A DNA stretch of 64,000 nt, taken from a virus. Taxonomy: Duplodnaviria > Heunggongvirae > Uroviricota > Caudoviricetes. The translations under genes and the position numbers were made by a program. This document shows, one piece after another, positions 53,173-62,062 of this stretch; position 1 is the first letter of the stretch; every line of letters begins with the position of its first letter. The DNA is taken from the IMG/VR virus record IMGVR_UViG_3300035696_000002; one strand, given 5' to 3'. The notes under the pieces were generated by a model, which made no database searches, was not told the DNA's origin, and was given only the letters and a program-made list of their open reading frames with translations.

Positions 53173-54762
53173 ATGGCATTTACAGGACAACCTTCGGACA
53201 GTCAATTCAGCACGCTGGTTTACGGGGATAACCCGCAGTACGGTGCGGTGTATCGGTTCGCCTCCTTCAACCGTGCCAAGCCTTTCAATTTTGCCAGCAT
53301 CACCAGCACGCAAGTTACAAGCAATGTGTTGACGGTCACTGCCACGAACACTTTCACTGTCGGGCAACAAGTGGAATTTTTCAGCATGACCGGAGTGACA
53401 GCCCTGAATGGCGTACTCCTAACCATCGCCACGGCGACGGGCTCCCAGTTCACCGCGAACTTCACGCACGCGAACTATGGTGCTACTGCTGAAACAGGCT
53501 ACTGTCTCTCAGCGATCTACGACACGGTTCTTTCCGTCCTCTCGCAAGAAGACCCATCGGTTAGCGGGGCGTATTCAACCACTGCTGTGGCGGGGACGAT
53601 GGCGATCCCAACAGCAAGCGACCTATATATTCCGGCTGGCAATATCGGCGGCGTGTGGCCTGATGGTGGTGTTGTTGGCGGAAGCTTTGACGGCAACCAT
53701 GAGGGGGCCGGACGCATTTACGGTACATCGTCTGTCCAGACTGTTGCGGTCACAAGCAACGTCCTCACGATCACACCACAGAGTGGCAACCGCTATTCCC
53801 CATGGATCATTGGCACGACGGTCACGTTTGAAAGTTTCACTACGGCGACGTTCCTGAACCGGGCCACAGTTACGGCCACAGCAGTGGCATCGAACGTCGT
53901 GACCGTGACATGTGCAAACAACTTCCAGACTGGGCAGTTGGTTCGAATGCAGGGTCTCACGACCTCCACGTTCCTGAACTGGGTGACGTTGACAGTACTT
54001 TCAACCGGACTGTCCACTTCTCAATTTGAAGCCAACTTCACGCACGCGAACTACTCGACGACATCGGATACAGGGTTCGCTGCTCCAGTGGCAACCATCA
54101 CGTCATCGTCATACAGCGGCGGCGGGGCGTCCCCGTTCACGGCAACTCTGGGTACGGTCTCCAACTTGGGTTCTACCACGGATACGACGGGCATAGTCAT
54201 CGGCGGAACTTTCCAGTCGAACACTGGTGCAATCATCTCCGCAGCAATCAACAATAATAGCGGTGGGCAGGACATGCTGTGTGGTCTGGTGATTGATACG
54301 GGACTTCAGGGGCACACGGGCACCATCGCCGGGCTGTTCTTTACTCAGCAAGGCGACCAGTCTGGGTATGCCGACAACATGGCTTGCATCTACATGCAAG
54401 ATCAGTTGCAGACCGCACGCTCCCGCGTGACCAACGTTTGGGCGATCTATGAGCAGGGAGCTACCAACAAGAACAATCTGGGCACCGTCTACGTAAACGG
54501 CCATCTGGGATCAAACGCCGCCAATGCCGACGTGGGGGGAACCGTCACAGTCACCAACCCGGCGACGAGCCAAACGGTCAACTTCACAAACGCATTCAAC
54601 TCGGCCCCGGTTGTGACTCTTACCCCAACCAGTGATCCGAGCGTAGCAGGCATTGTCTCATACTGGGTCACAACAGCAACAGGTTCGTTCACCGTCCACG
54701 TCAACACGACGCCGGGAACGTCGATCACATTCAACTACACCGTGGTTGGAAATCCGAATTAA
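53173..54762 (+). CDS. tail fibre-like protein with H-type-lectin-like C-terminus
   Basis: Three copies of the shared beta module; TVNFTNAFNSAPVVTLT...F.V. Confidence 0.8.
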   Translation: MAFTGQPSDSQFSTLVYGDNPQYGAVYRFASFNRAKPFNFASITSTQVTSNVLTVTATNTFTVGQQVEFFSMTGVTALNGVLLTIATATGSQFTANFTHANYGATAETGYCLSAIYDTVLSVLSQEDPSVSGAYSTTAVAGTMAIPTASDLYIPAGNIGGVWPDGGVVGGSFDGNHEGAGRIYGTSSVQTVAVTSNVLTITPQSGNRYSPWIIGTTVTFESFTTATFLNRATVTATAVASNVVTVTCANNFQTGQLVRMQGLTTSTFLNWVTLTVLSTGLSTSQFEANFTHANYSTTSDTGFAAPVATITSSSYSGGGASPFTATLGTVSNLGSTTDTTGIVIGGTFQSNTGAIISAAINNNSGGQDMLCGLVIDTGLQGHTGTIAGLFFTQQGDQSGYADNMACIYMQDQLQTARSRVTNVWAIYEQGATNKNNLGTVYVNGHLGSNAANADVGGTVTVTNPATSQTVNFTNAFNSAPVVTLTPTSDPSVAGIVSYWVTTATGSFTVHVNTTPGTSITFNYTVVGNPN

Positions 54763-54787
54763 CGATCTCTATTAGGAGGGAACAACT

Positions 54788-54979
54788 ATGAAAACAGCTA
54801 CCTTAACAGCCCCGCAGCAAACGCAGGCAGCCGCCAACAAGGCCGCTCTTGCAACTGCTCAGACCGCGTATCTTGCAGCAATGCAGACGCATCTGGCCTA
54901 CCTGCGTACCACCGCTGGTGTCGCTGCGAATGTCCGCGTGCAACTCTCGGACGACGGCACCACAGTCATCATTGGCTAA
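54788..54979 (+). CDS. small Ala-rich protein
   Basis: SD AGGAGG; last gene of the + strand unit. Confidence 0.75.
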   Translation: MKTATLTAPQQTQAAANKAALATAQTAYLAAMQTHLAYLRTTAGVAANVRVQLSDDGTTVIIG

Positions 54980-55302
54980 TCTTCCCCGGTATCGGGACTG
55001 ATCGGTTTTGGGGATCGGTTCTTTCGGCGGATACCCCCGCCCTCGAACTCGATCCCACTGTACATCGTGGAGTTTTTCTGTGCAGGTACGGTTTTCTTGA
55101 TGTGCTTTCCGATGCTGGCTTCACGTCCCTGCTTGAGGTTCCGCCGCTCGTTCCGCCGACTCATCAGCTTCCATTTTTCCCGGCCCAACTGACCATTATG
55201 CCCCTCGCCGCCGCAACCTTGGGCGGGCACGGGCCGTTCTTTATGCCGCTTGTTTTTTGCGTTTTTTGGTCTTCGGTGGTTTACCTGATTGCTCATCGTC
55301 AT
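54976..55302 (-). CDS. basic hypothetical protein
   Basis: Arg/Lys-rich; convergent with the tail unit. Confidence 0.55.
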   Translation of the reverse strand: MTMSNQVNHRRPKNAKNKRHKERPVPAQGCGGEGHNGQLGREKWKLMSRRNERRNLKQGREASIGKHIKKTVPAQKNSTMYSGIEFEGGGIRRKNRSPKPISPDTGED

Positions 55303-55735
55303 CGCCCCAGTAGGTATTGTGGTACAAGCCGGGATAGAATTTCTCAACCAATTTGTCCCACTGTTTGCAAAGTTTCTGCATCTTCGCGGGGTCGTTTTCC
55401 CAGTAGTCAATGGCCTCAGCTTGACGCCACAAAGCATTTCCCTTGGTCTTGAACTCCCGAGGCCCAAACAAAATGTGTCGAGGATCAAGTGTGCAGGAAT
55501 GCCCCTCTACCAAGGAGTCGCCCGGCTTGGCGTTTAACTTCCACCAACGCCTGATCTGGTACATGACATCTTCCCGCGAGAAGTATTCGCCCTGCAACTT
55601 CACGTCCGGGTAAGCAATATCTGTCCCCACGCAGCCCTTGTATTTGACAGTGTAGGGCACGGAGATGACGCCCCAATAGTGGCTGGCACCAGCCGAGAGG
55701 CCTTTCCACGTCATGATGTGAGCGTTGTAAATCAT
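55241..55735 (-). CDS. hypothetical protein
   Basis: 164-aa ORF in the coupled minus-strand array. Confidence 0.7.
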   Translation of the reverse strand: MIYNAHIMTWKGLSAGASHYWGVISVPYTVKYKGCVGTDIAYPDVKLQGEYFSREDVMYQIRRWWKLNAKPGDSLVEGHSCTLDPRHILFGPREFKTKGNALWRQAEAIDYWENDPAKMQKLCKQWDKLVEKFYPGLYHNTYWGDDDEQSGKPPKTKKRKKQAA

Positions 55736-55914
55736 TCCTGTGCGTACCCGCCATCCGGGTGTCGATTCAGAATCTCGTCGAGCGGGGTTCCTTTTCTGAG
55801 GAAGACGTACCCGGCCTTCTCTGCATCCGCCTCAGCACCGGGTAGAGTAGCCCGCGTGAAGCTATCCACGAGGTTTCCTTGACCATCGTAGATGGTAAGC
55901 TTGGGGCCGTACAT
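55732..55914 (-). CDS. hypothetical protein
   Basis: MYGPKLTIYD...; ATGA overlap. Confidence 0.55.
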   Translation of the reverse strand: MYGPKLTIYDGQGNLVDSFTRATLPGAEADAEKAGYVFLRKGTPLDEILNRHPDGGYAQE

Positions 55915-55958
55915 CGTGTCGGTCACTTCGGTGAAGAAGTATTGCAGTGCACAGATTC

Positions 55959-56174
55959 TCATCGTGCTTTCCTTTTGTTCCGCTCGCGGATCAGCTTGTT
56001 GGTAAGCCGGACGCGATCCGCAGAGTTCTCCCGTTTGAGCCAGTCCACGTACTTCCGTAGATCGCGAATCACAGCGATCATTCGCAGCACGTGCTCATCG
56101 GGCTTCCTCCAGCGTGAGGGGGTTAGCTCCCACGCCTCACGTTCATCCAGTTCCTTTTCAGATACTCCCGGCAT
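55959..56174 (-). CDS. hypothetical protein
   Basis: 71 aa, coupled. Confidence 0.6.
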   Translation of the reverse strand: MPGVSEKELDEREAWELTPSRWRKPDEHVLRMIAVIRDLRKYVDWLKRENSADRVRLTNKLIRERNKRKAR

Positions 56175-56431
56175 TATTTTGGCCCCACAGGCTTCAACAC
56201 GATCTCGGCACCGGGCGTATAGTCGAAGAAGAAATTCTCACCGATCAGAGTGTTGCGAGCGTTCTCATCCTTACGGAATTTGTATTCCACCGAAGTGACG
56301 ATATACCGCTCCTCACCCAGACGCACGAACTCGCCAACCCTTGGCATCTGCTGGTCGGGGAACTTGAGCGTTTGTCGGCTCGACCAACACCCATCTGAAA
56401 CTGTCTGAACTTCTGCGAATACGATAATCAT
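56174..56431 (-). CDS. hypothetical protein
   Basis: MPRVGEFV...YIVTSVEY beta-rich segment. Confidence 0.6.
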   Translation of the reverse strand: MIIVFAEVQTVSDGCWSSRQTLKFPDQQMPRVGEFVRLGEERYIVTSVEYKFRKDENARNTLIGENFFFDYTPGAEIVLKPVGPK

Positions 56432-56616
56432 AATGGTGGATCGTTCCAGTGAAGGGCGGTGTGACATTCATCGGCCCGTTTCTTGACCTGTTCCAGTTCG
56501 TCGGTCAAATCCTCGATCAGGTTCAGGAGATAGCTGGTATCCAATGGGAAGCCAAACATTTTCCCGTGTTCCCGCCAGCGGGCGAGGTCTTCACGAATCC
56601 TCGTTATGTCGCTCAT
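56428..56616 (-). CDS. hypothetical protein
   Basis: Coupled ORF. Confidence 0.6.
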   Translation of the reverse strand: MSDITRIREDLARWREHGKMFGFPLDTSYLLNLIEDLTDELEQVKKRADECHTALHWNDPPL

Positions 56617-56846
56617 TGCTCGTCCTCGATGTGAATTTTCGTTCGCCGGGCAGCAGTCCACATGACATCAGCCGCCAGTTTTACGTATCGCTTACCGAGT
56701 ATTTTGCCAACCGCAGTCGAGACTTTGGCGATATTGACTCGTTCCTTCCGACGCATCGAATTCTCTACGGCGTTGGTAAATATGCCGTTGCGTCGTTCGA
56801 TATCGTCTAAAGCCTCCCGTAGTGGTTCCCAGTCTTCGTACATCAT
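56613..56846 (-). CDS. hypothetical protein
   Basis: Coupled ORF. Confidence 0.6.
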   Translation of the reverse strand: MMYEDWEPLREALDDIERRNGIFTNAVENSMRRKERVNIAKVSTAVGKILGKRYVKLAADVMWTAARRTKIHIEDEQ

Positions 56847-57112
56847 TTGTCCTTGTCACACGTGTGGGGCATGGCGGCGAGATCGTTGCACGTCATCAGA
56901 TATTGGCACCCATGCGTGGGGCCGGGCTTGTTGTCGGTGATGACCCGAGCGATGCAACTCTGATTGGAGATATCGTACTTCTCCGATGTGAATCGCGAAG
57001 CTGAGTCGGGGGCCGGGCCTGTCTTATCGACGTTGATGACGATGGCGAAAAGGATCATCACGATAGCCAGCAAGGCTAGGCCGATGACGACGTTGATGGT
57101 ATTTCGTGTCAT
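56843..57112 (-). CDS. single-pass membrane protein with Cys-containing exported part
   Basis: N-terminal TM helix; C...C...C...C. Confidence 0.65.
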   Translation of the reverse strand: MTRNTINVVIGLALLAIVMILFAIVINVDKTGPAPDSASRFTSEKYDISNQSCIARVITDNKPGPTHGCQYLMTCNDLAAMPHTCDKDK

Positions 57113-57393
57113 GCTCGAAATTTCTCCGGGACATCCATGTATGCCAAGAGCCTATTGTACAGCACATTGTGGCAGCCGGGACACCATTTGTGGGTGGTTT
57201 TCTCCCGAGTCTTCTTACCGTCGATGACAGCCTCGGGCTCCCACGGCTTGAGTTTCGTGCCGCAATGCGGACAAGACGTGAACATTTTTTCGAGGCTTTC
57301 GGCAATGTTGCAGTACAGTTTCTCGAAGAAATCTTCGGTGGGTTGGGTGTGCGTGACCCGCATCAGCCCGGCGACATCATAGGGAGAGTTCAT
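57109..57393 (-). CDS. Zn-ribbon protein
   Basis: CPHC...WCPGC. Confidence 0.6.
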   Translation of the reverse strand: MNSPYDVAGLMRVTHTQPTEDFFEKLYCNIAESLEKMFTSCPHCGTKLKPWEPEAVIDGKKTREKTTHKWCPGCHNVLYNRLLAYMDVPEKFRA

Positions 57394-57395
57394 GG

Positions 57396-57566
57396 TTATC
57401 GTTTGCGATTCAGCAACATCAATTCGTAGAGATGGGGGACGCACAGGGCCTCCCCGTCGCGAACCGTGACAGCGGTTCTGGCATTGTCGATGGCGTCTTG
57501 CACGGTGTTCTTTTCGGAAGGAGGTTCCTTTAGGAAAGCCTGTTCGACGCAGACGATGCATTTCAT
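57396..57566 (-). CDS. 56-aa C3H-type finger protein (not in ORF track)
   Basis: MKCIVC...AVTVRDGEALCVPH; ATGA overlap. Confidence 0.6.
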   Translation of the reverse strand: MKCIVCVEQAFLKEPPSEKNTVQDAIDNARTAVTVRDGEALCVPHLYELMLLNRKR

Positions 57567-57748
57567 ATCGCGGGTGCCTGTTCCAGCGTGTGGTAAGTCA
57601 CGGTCACGTAATGATAGTAGCCGTGAGTGTACCCGCAGCTTGACGTGTAGATTTTGTCGATGCTAATGGTTTTGCCGTCACCAGCAACCAAGTCCTTGAG
57701 GGCCTTAAGTTGCTTTGGATCGGTGGTTTCAAAAACGTCGATGTGCAT
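57563..57748 (-). CDS. hypothetical protein
   Basis: Coupled ORF. Confidence 0.6.
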   Translation of the reverse strand: MHIDVFETTDPKQLKALKDLVAGDGKTISIDKIYTSSCGYTHGYYHYVTVTYHTLEQAPAI

Positions 57749-57767
57749 GGCTCATTGTACCACAAAC

Positions 57768-57962
57768 TCAGTCGCCGGGGCCGACGTACTGCATACTCAA
57801 TCCCAACCTCTGGTGCTCATCCCAATGCTCCGCACAGTACCACGCCCCAAGATCGTGCTTGAAGTGGGCGACCTTTCCACAGTGTTCTGTCGGGATGATG
57901 TAGGTGCTGCACCCCCGCTCCTCAAGCTTTGAGGCCGTAATCCACTCGCAGAAATGAATCAT
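57768..57962 (-). CDS. C3H-type finger protein
   Basis: MIHFC...CGKVA...YCAEHWD. Confidence 0.65.
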   Translation of the reverse strand: MIHFCEWITASKLEERGCSTYIIPTEHCGKVAHFKHDLGAWYCAEHWDEHQRLGLSMQYVGPGD

Positions 57963-58411
57963 GGGAAAACAATGCTCGCCAGCTTCTCGATAAGCGGACG
58001 CTGACCCGGTAGAATTTTGTGGATGACCACGGGCAGGGTAAACCATTCGCCCCGATCAATCTCGGGAAACTCCTGTATCTTTCCAGACCCACGTGGCCAC
58101 TCCATGGTGAATTTGTTACTCACCAGCTTGACCGGGTCGATATCACCTTCAAGGGCAAAGGCGGTGACACGTTTAGCCTTGGACTGGTTGACGGAACCTA
58201 GCGGGATGAGGTCTCCAACGGGGATGGTACCAGTTTCCTCGGTGAACTCCCGGATCGCGGCGGCAGTAGGATCGTCGCCTTCGTTGTACTCACCCTTGGG
58301 GATTGACCACACGCCCTCATCCTTCTTGGCCCAGAGCGGGCCTCCGGGGTGCACGAGGAACATGCGGAACGGGAGCTTTTTGTAGAGTAGGATTCCAGCG
58401 GAGAGCTTCAT
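57959..58411 (-). CDS. NUDIX hydrolase
   Basis: LVHPGGP.W...WSIPKGE...AAAIREFTEETG Nudix box; FPEIDRGEWF. Confidence 0.93.
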   Translation of the reverse strand: MKLSAGILLYKKLPFRMFLVHPGGPLWAKKDEGVWSIPKGEYNEGDDPTAAAIREFTEETGTIPVGDLIPLGSVNQSKAKRVTAFALEGDIDPVKLVSNKFTMEWPRGSGKIQEFPEIDRGEWFTLPVVIHKILPGQRPLIEKLASIVFP

Positions 58412-58421
58412 GCTCCCATTA

Positions 58422-58613
58422 TCACTTAAAGCAGGTTCCGTTGCAAGTCAAACGACCGCACAGGCCGCAGTGACCTTGGCTGGTATCGTAGTGGGTAAAG
58501 CCGCTGGACTTCTTAGGTTCAGCCTGCATGGGTGGTCGGCGGGCACCGTTTTCGTCAAGTTCGTACTCGTTGCCCCACTCGTCGTAGTGTTTGGGATTCC
58601 AATCGTTGTCCAT
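58422..58613 (-). CDS. small protein with C-terminal Cys cluster
   Basis: HCGLCGRLTCNGTC. Confidence 0.55.
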   Translation of the reverse strand: MDNDWNPKHYDEWGNEYELDENGARRPPMQAEPKKSSGFTHYDTSQGHCGLCGRLTCNGTCFK

Positions 58614-58758
58614 TAAATCTCCGTGTAGAAAGGTTTGTCGGTGCCCGTCAGGAGGTAGGTATTGCACAGGGTGCACTTGCGAGTTTTGATGGGGGCGGAG
58701 TAATCCATCCAACGTCTGTGATTCCACAGATGCTTGAGCATTGTCCAGAGGGGCAGCA

Positions 58759-58959
58759 TTAGTCGATACTCTCCGTGGCGGTGACCCCGACCCGGATCAG
58801 GTAGGCGACACGCCGGGCGAAGTTCTCCAAGACCTCGTGCTCGTCTTCATTGCGGTAGCCGAGCGGCAGACCTTCAACGATCAGGGCGGCACGGTTACGC
58901 TCAGCCAAAACCTCCGGGCTGGCGTTCAGATACGGGACTTTTCCAATGCTGATGCTCAT
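58759..58959 (-). CDS. hypothetical protein
   Basis: Coupled ORF. Confidence 0.55.
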   Translation of the reverse strand: MSISIGKVPYLNASPEVLAERNRAALIVEGLPLGYRNEDEHEVLENFARRVAYLIRVGVTATESID

Positions 58960-59120
58960 TTCGATTCTGCTTTCTTTGCCAGCCCTCTCAGGTACGACAA
59001 GTAGCCGTACAGGGGATGGCGATCCTGATCTTCGTCCGCACACCACCAGCCCTCGGGCTTGACCGGGGGCGGAATCTTTTCAGTCTTAGGCGGAGTCTTC
59101 TTCGACGCGGGCTTCTTCAT
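58956..59120 (-). CDS. hypothetical protein
   Basis: Coupled ORF. Confidence 0.5.
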   Translation of the reverse strand: MKKPASKKTPPKTEKIPPPVKPEGWWCADEDQDRHPLYGYLSYLRGLAKKAESK

Positions 59121-59305
59121 ACCTTCCTCGCCATCCGCAAATTCAACCACATCTGGGTCGCACCGATGGCACCCATGACCTCAACCAGTGCCGAGTCATA
59201 TTCGAACGGGTCGCTGTCGATCTCCAGAATCCTCCCACGGAGCGGGTACGGCATGTGCCCGATAACCTCGACCTCATCCCCGACTTTGAACTGGGCCTTT
59301 AGCAC
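59117..59305 (-). CDS. SH3/KOW-like small protein
   Basis: FKVGDEVEV...GRILEI...ALVEV. Confidence 0.6.
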   Translation of the reverse strand: MLKAQFKVGDEVEVIGHMPYPLRGRILEIDSDPFEYDSALVEVMGAIGATQMWLNLRMARKV

Positions 59306-59571
59306 AGCAGCGTCAACTCCGCTTCAATCTCGATACCCAGCCGCTCCAGTGCGAGGGCAACATTGTGGGCCGGGACGGAGACCCGCTTTCCGTTCCATTT
59401 CACCACGTACTGGGATGAGCGGTCGGCGTAGGCCTGCTTCACCACGTCGTAGCGGACGCCGGGCGGCAGGCACTCAAACTTCGGCCCTAACTGGGACATC
59501 CATTCCAGTTTCTCTTCATGCGTGAGCCCGGCTGGCAGGCGGTCGTAATAGGCTTTCTCGTAACGGTTCAT
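59299..59571 (-). CDS. hypothetical protein
   Basis: Coupled ORF. Confidence 0.6.
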   Translation of the reverse strand: MNRYEKAYYDRLPAGLTHEEKLEWMSQLGPKFECLPPGVRYDVVKQAYADRSSQYVVKWNGKRVSVPAHNVALALERLGIEIEAELTLLC

Positions 59572-60170
59572 TTCTTCTCCGGGTAGCAATCCAGACATTC
59601 CTTGCGGGTGCACATCGTCTTGTTGCACCGAACCTTGAACTCATGGGCGTCATCGCCCGCGATCCCGGCACTGTGCAGCCAGTCGCCTTCGCCGTTGCCG
59701 CAGACAACGCAAACTTCATAGGACGCGGGCGTCCACTGACAGAACTCATCTCGTTTGTGCAGGCCCTTGCATATCCACCGGACACCATCGCCATCAGACA
59801 TAAACTTCGGTTGACGGTGGGCGTTCCCGGTGATGAGAGTCTGACTGCTGCCCAATTCCTTCATGTACGAAACGTAGTTGGGGACAGGGGGCGGGCAGGG
59901 GCCGGAAACCGCAATCGCGTTGGCGATAGCCTCAATGGTGCCCGTGGGCGGCTTGATGTCCCGAAGCTGCTGCCGGAAGTCGGCGTCGCTCCGTAGATCA
60001 ATGTCCTGCTTCAGCAATTCATCCCACGCCTGCTCCGCGAGGAAGTGGGCGTCTTCCACGGGCTGATCGGCATTCTTCCATCCCCGCTGGCAATTTTCGA
60101 TGTAGTGGACGGCTGAGTAGCTGGCAAGGAATGTCGCCACGTAGGTCGCAATGAACTGTTCTCTAACCAT
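59568..60170 (-). CDS. hypothetical protein with Cys/His-rich C-terminus
   Basis: 200 aa; CVVCG...H...H...C...C...C..C. Confidence 0.65.
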   Translation of the reverse strand: MVREQFIATYVATFLASYSAVHYIENCQRGWKNADQPVEDAHFLAEQAWDELLKQDIDLRSDADFRQQLRDIKPPTGTIEAIANAIAVSGPCPPPVPNYVSYMKELGSSQTLITGNAHRQPKFMSDGDGVRWICKGLHKRDEFCQWTPASYEVCVVCGNGEGDWLHSAGIAGDDAHEFKVRCNKTMCTRKECLDCYPEKK

Positions 60171-60336
60171 GAACCTCACCCTCTTCAAACTTCCCCATCC
60201 ACTCGTCGTAATGCTTGGTGCACAGCCAGCAGTCATGACCCACATCCCAGTTGGCGATCTCGCCGCAACAAGTTTCGGGATCGAAGATCATGAAAGCTCC
60301 CGTGGCAATCGGGTCTTTCTGGCAGTAGTGAATCAT
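60163..60336 (-). CDS. C3H-type finger protein
   Basis: MIHYC...CCGEIA...LCTKHYD. Confidence 0.65.
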   Translation of the reverse strand: MIHYCQKDPIATGAFMIFDPETCCGEIANWDVGHDCWLCTKHYDEWMGKFEEGEVHG

Positions 60337-60554
60337 GCCCGGTTCTTCCGCCACTCCTCGGCCTCTTGCTTGATCGGAGCAAGCAGTTCGTCGATCAACG
60401 CTTTCTGTGCCTCGCGGGCCGGGGCCTTTTCCAAGCTGTCCATCCACGTCTCGCGGGAGTTGTTCAACACTGCGTTGAGGGTGTCACGCTTCACCAGAAC
60501 GTCGAAGTACAGCCGCTCAAGTGCTTCCTGTGATGGCTTAAAGTAGTCGCTCAT
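60333..60554 (-). CDS. hypothetical protein
   Basis: Helical 73 aa, coupled. Confidence 0.65.
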   Translation of the reverse strand: MSDYFKPSQEALERLYFDVLVKRDTLNAVLNNSRETWMDSLEKAPAREAQKALIDELLAPIKQEAEEWRKNRA

Positions 60555-60778
60555 ACCGCAATCCCAAACCTCTTGACAGCGATGGCGGTGTAGGTGCAGT
60601 TGATCCGCCGATGCTCCTCAATCTCCAGCCAGTGGGGCCGGGGCTCTCCACCCAAGGCAGCCGCCTGATGCAGGGGCCGATGCTCCGGGCAGAACACCCA
60701 GATTTCGTGGTTCTGGGTATTGTCGTAATCCGGCAGATCGAACTGGCGATTACAGCGTGGCGTGCGGCAGCCTAGCAT
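60551..60778 (-). CDS. C3H-type finger protein
   Basis: CRTPRC...FCPEH. Confidence 0.55.
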   Translation of the reverse strand: MLGCRTPRCNRQFDLPDYDNTQNHEIWVFCPEHRPLHQAAALGGEPRPHWLEIEEHRRINCTYTAIAVKRFGIAV

Positions 60779-60921
60779 ACCCGTTTCTCCCGCTCCGCCC
60801 AATGAGTCTTGCAATGCCAGACGCGGCAAATGATCCTGCCCTCGTGGTACACGTCCACAAACTTTATCGCCCGGCGATCACACCGGGTGCCGGGCGGCTG
60901 GGGCAGATCGCAGCGATTCAC
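60772..60921 (-). CDS. C3H-type finger protein
   Basis: GTG start; C...CDRRA...HCKTHW. Confidence 0.5.
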   Translation of the reverse strand: MNRCDLPQPPGTRCDRRAIKFVDVYHEGRIICRVWHCKTHWAEREKRVC

Positions 60922-61073
60922 AGGTTCTCCACTTCCTTGCACAGAGCCTTCCACGTGAAGGCGTAAATCTTGTCGTAGCCCTTCTCTTTCCAAGCGGCAT
61001 GCATGGCGATCATCAGGGGAGCCCAGTGACCGGAATCAATGAGTTTTTGGCGGAGCCTTTCAGACGCGGTCAT
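60918..61073 (-). CDS. hypothetical protein
   Basis: Coupled ORF. Confidence 0.55.
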   Translation of the reverse strand: MTASERLRQKLIDSGHWAPLMIAMHAAWKEKGYDKIYAFTWKALCKEVENL

Positions 61074-61270
61074 TAGTAGACCACCATCAGCATCGGACGG
61101 CTGCAAACCGGGCAGACATTCCTGTCGTACTGGTTCCGGGTGCATTCCACGGGCTGACCAGAATACCCCGGTGCCGGGTGCACGGTAATCACCCCGTCTT
61201 CGGCACGCAAGACCGCGTAGCAGCGTTCGCAACGCTTGGTCTCCCAGATTTTAAGTCCTGCCGCTCTCAT
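61073..61270 (-). CDS. Zn-ribbon protein
   Basis: CERC...C...CPVC. Confidence 0.6.
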   Translation of the reverse strand: MRAAGLKIWETKRCERCYAVLRAEDGVITVHPAPGYSGQPVECTRNQYDRNVCPVCSRPMLMVVY

Positions 61271-61526
61271 AAACCTCCGTACTGTACAACCCCGGATTTT
61301 CTTGGAAAGTGTCCCAATGTTCGGCACACAGGGGGATGACCCCGCCGCCGTCCAGATCAACCTCAAACCGGGCAGGCTTGCCGCAGCAGGCTACGTCGTC
61401 AAATTCCACCAACGCCCAGCCGCCGCCCGGCTCGACATCCCAATGACACATCGCCGTGTTCCTCGGCCCGACATTAGGCCAAGCACTGATATGCTTCACA
61501 GACGGCGTCCCCAGTCGCTCGCCCAC
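61251..61526 (-). CDS. C3H-type finger protein
   Basis: C...CCGKPA...LCAEHWD; start uncertain. Confidence 0.6.
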   Translation of the reverse strand: MGERLGTPSVKHISAWPNVGPRNTAMCHWDVEPGGGWALVEFDDVACCGKPARFEVDLDGGGVIPLCAEHWDTFQENPGLYSTEVYESGRT

Positions 61527-61615
61527 CCGTAGAGCAGGAGCACGATCAGAAGCACCACGACCGCGATGCCCAAGTCAACCAACCCTTTTGCCAGCCAGAA
61601 CCAGATGTAGTTCAT
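61496..61615 (-). CDS. 39-aa single-TM protein
   Basis: SD GGAGG; hydrophobic helix. Confidence 0.6.
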   Translation of the reverse strand: MNYIWFWLAKGLVDLGIAVVVLLIVLLLYGWASDWGRRL

Positions 61616-61637
61616 AAAGCCTCCGGCAACTATTGTA

Positions 61638-61877
61638 CTACGATCCGCTCTTGACGCTGGTGCTCTTGAACAGGAAACTGCACAGCGTGCTGATTCCCCA
61701 TGCCTGCCAGAAGCCCACATGGGTGACGCCAAAGACGAACGTCAGGAAAGTCGGGGCAAGGAGCCAGTTCATCAGCCACATGACGGGCAGGGTGAACAGG
61801 AGGCCAAGGACGATAATAAGGGCGACGACGCCAAGGACTGCTACCACTGCCTCGGGGCCGGAAAAGTTGCTGCTCAT
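61638..61877 (-). CDS. small membrane protein
   Basis: TM helices; WNxL-like WLMNWLL and FWQAWGI...LF motifs. Confidence 0.75.
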   Translation of the reverse strand: MSSNFSGPEAVVAVLGVVALIIVLGLLFTLPVMWLMNWLLAPTFLTFVFGVTHVGFWQAWGISTLCSFLFKSTSVKSGS

Positions 61878-62062
61878 AAGTTGCCTTTCTCAAGCTGCTC
61901 CATCGTCCAGTCGGACTGGGGCAGGTTCTTCTTCGCCAACACCACCTCGGAGCAGCGTTGGATGTCACAGTCGTCGATGGGTATCCGATGACCGTGGATT
62001 TCATGATGCAACGTCGTGCCAGCCTCGATAAACAGGCGGCGGTAAACCTCACTAAGTTCCAT
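61874..62062 (-). CDS. hypothetical protein
   Basis: Coupled ORF. Confidence 0.55.
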   Translation of the reverse strand: MELSEVYRRLFIEAGTTLHHEIHGHRIPIDDCDIQRCSEVVLAKKNLPQSDWTMEQLEKGNL

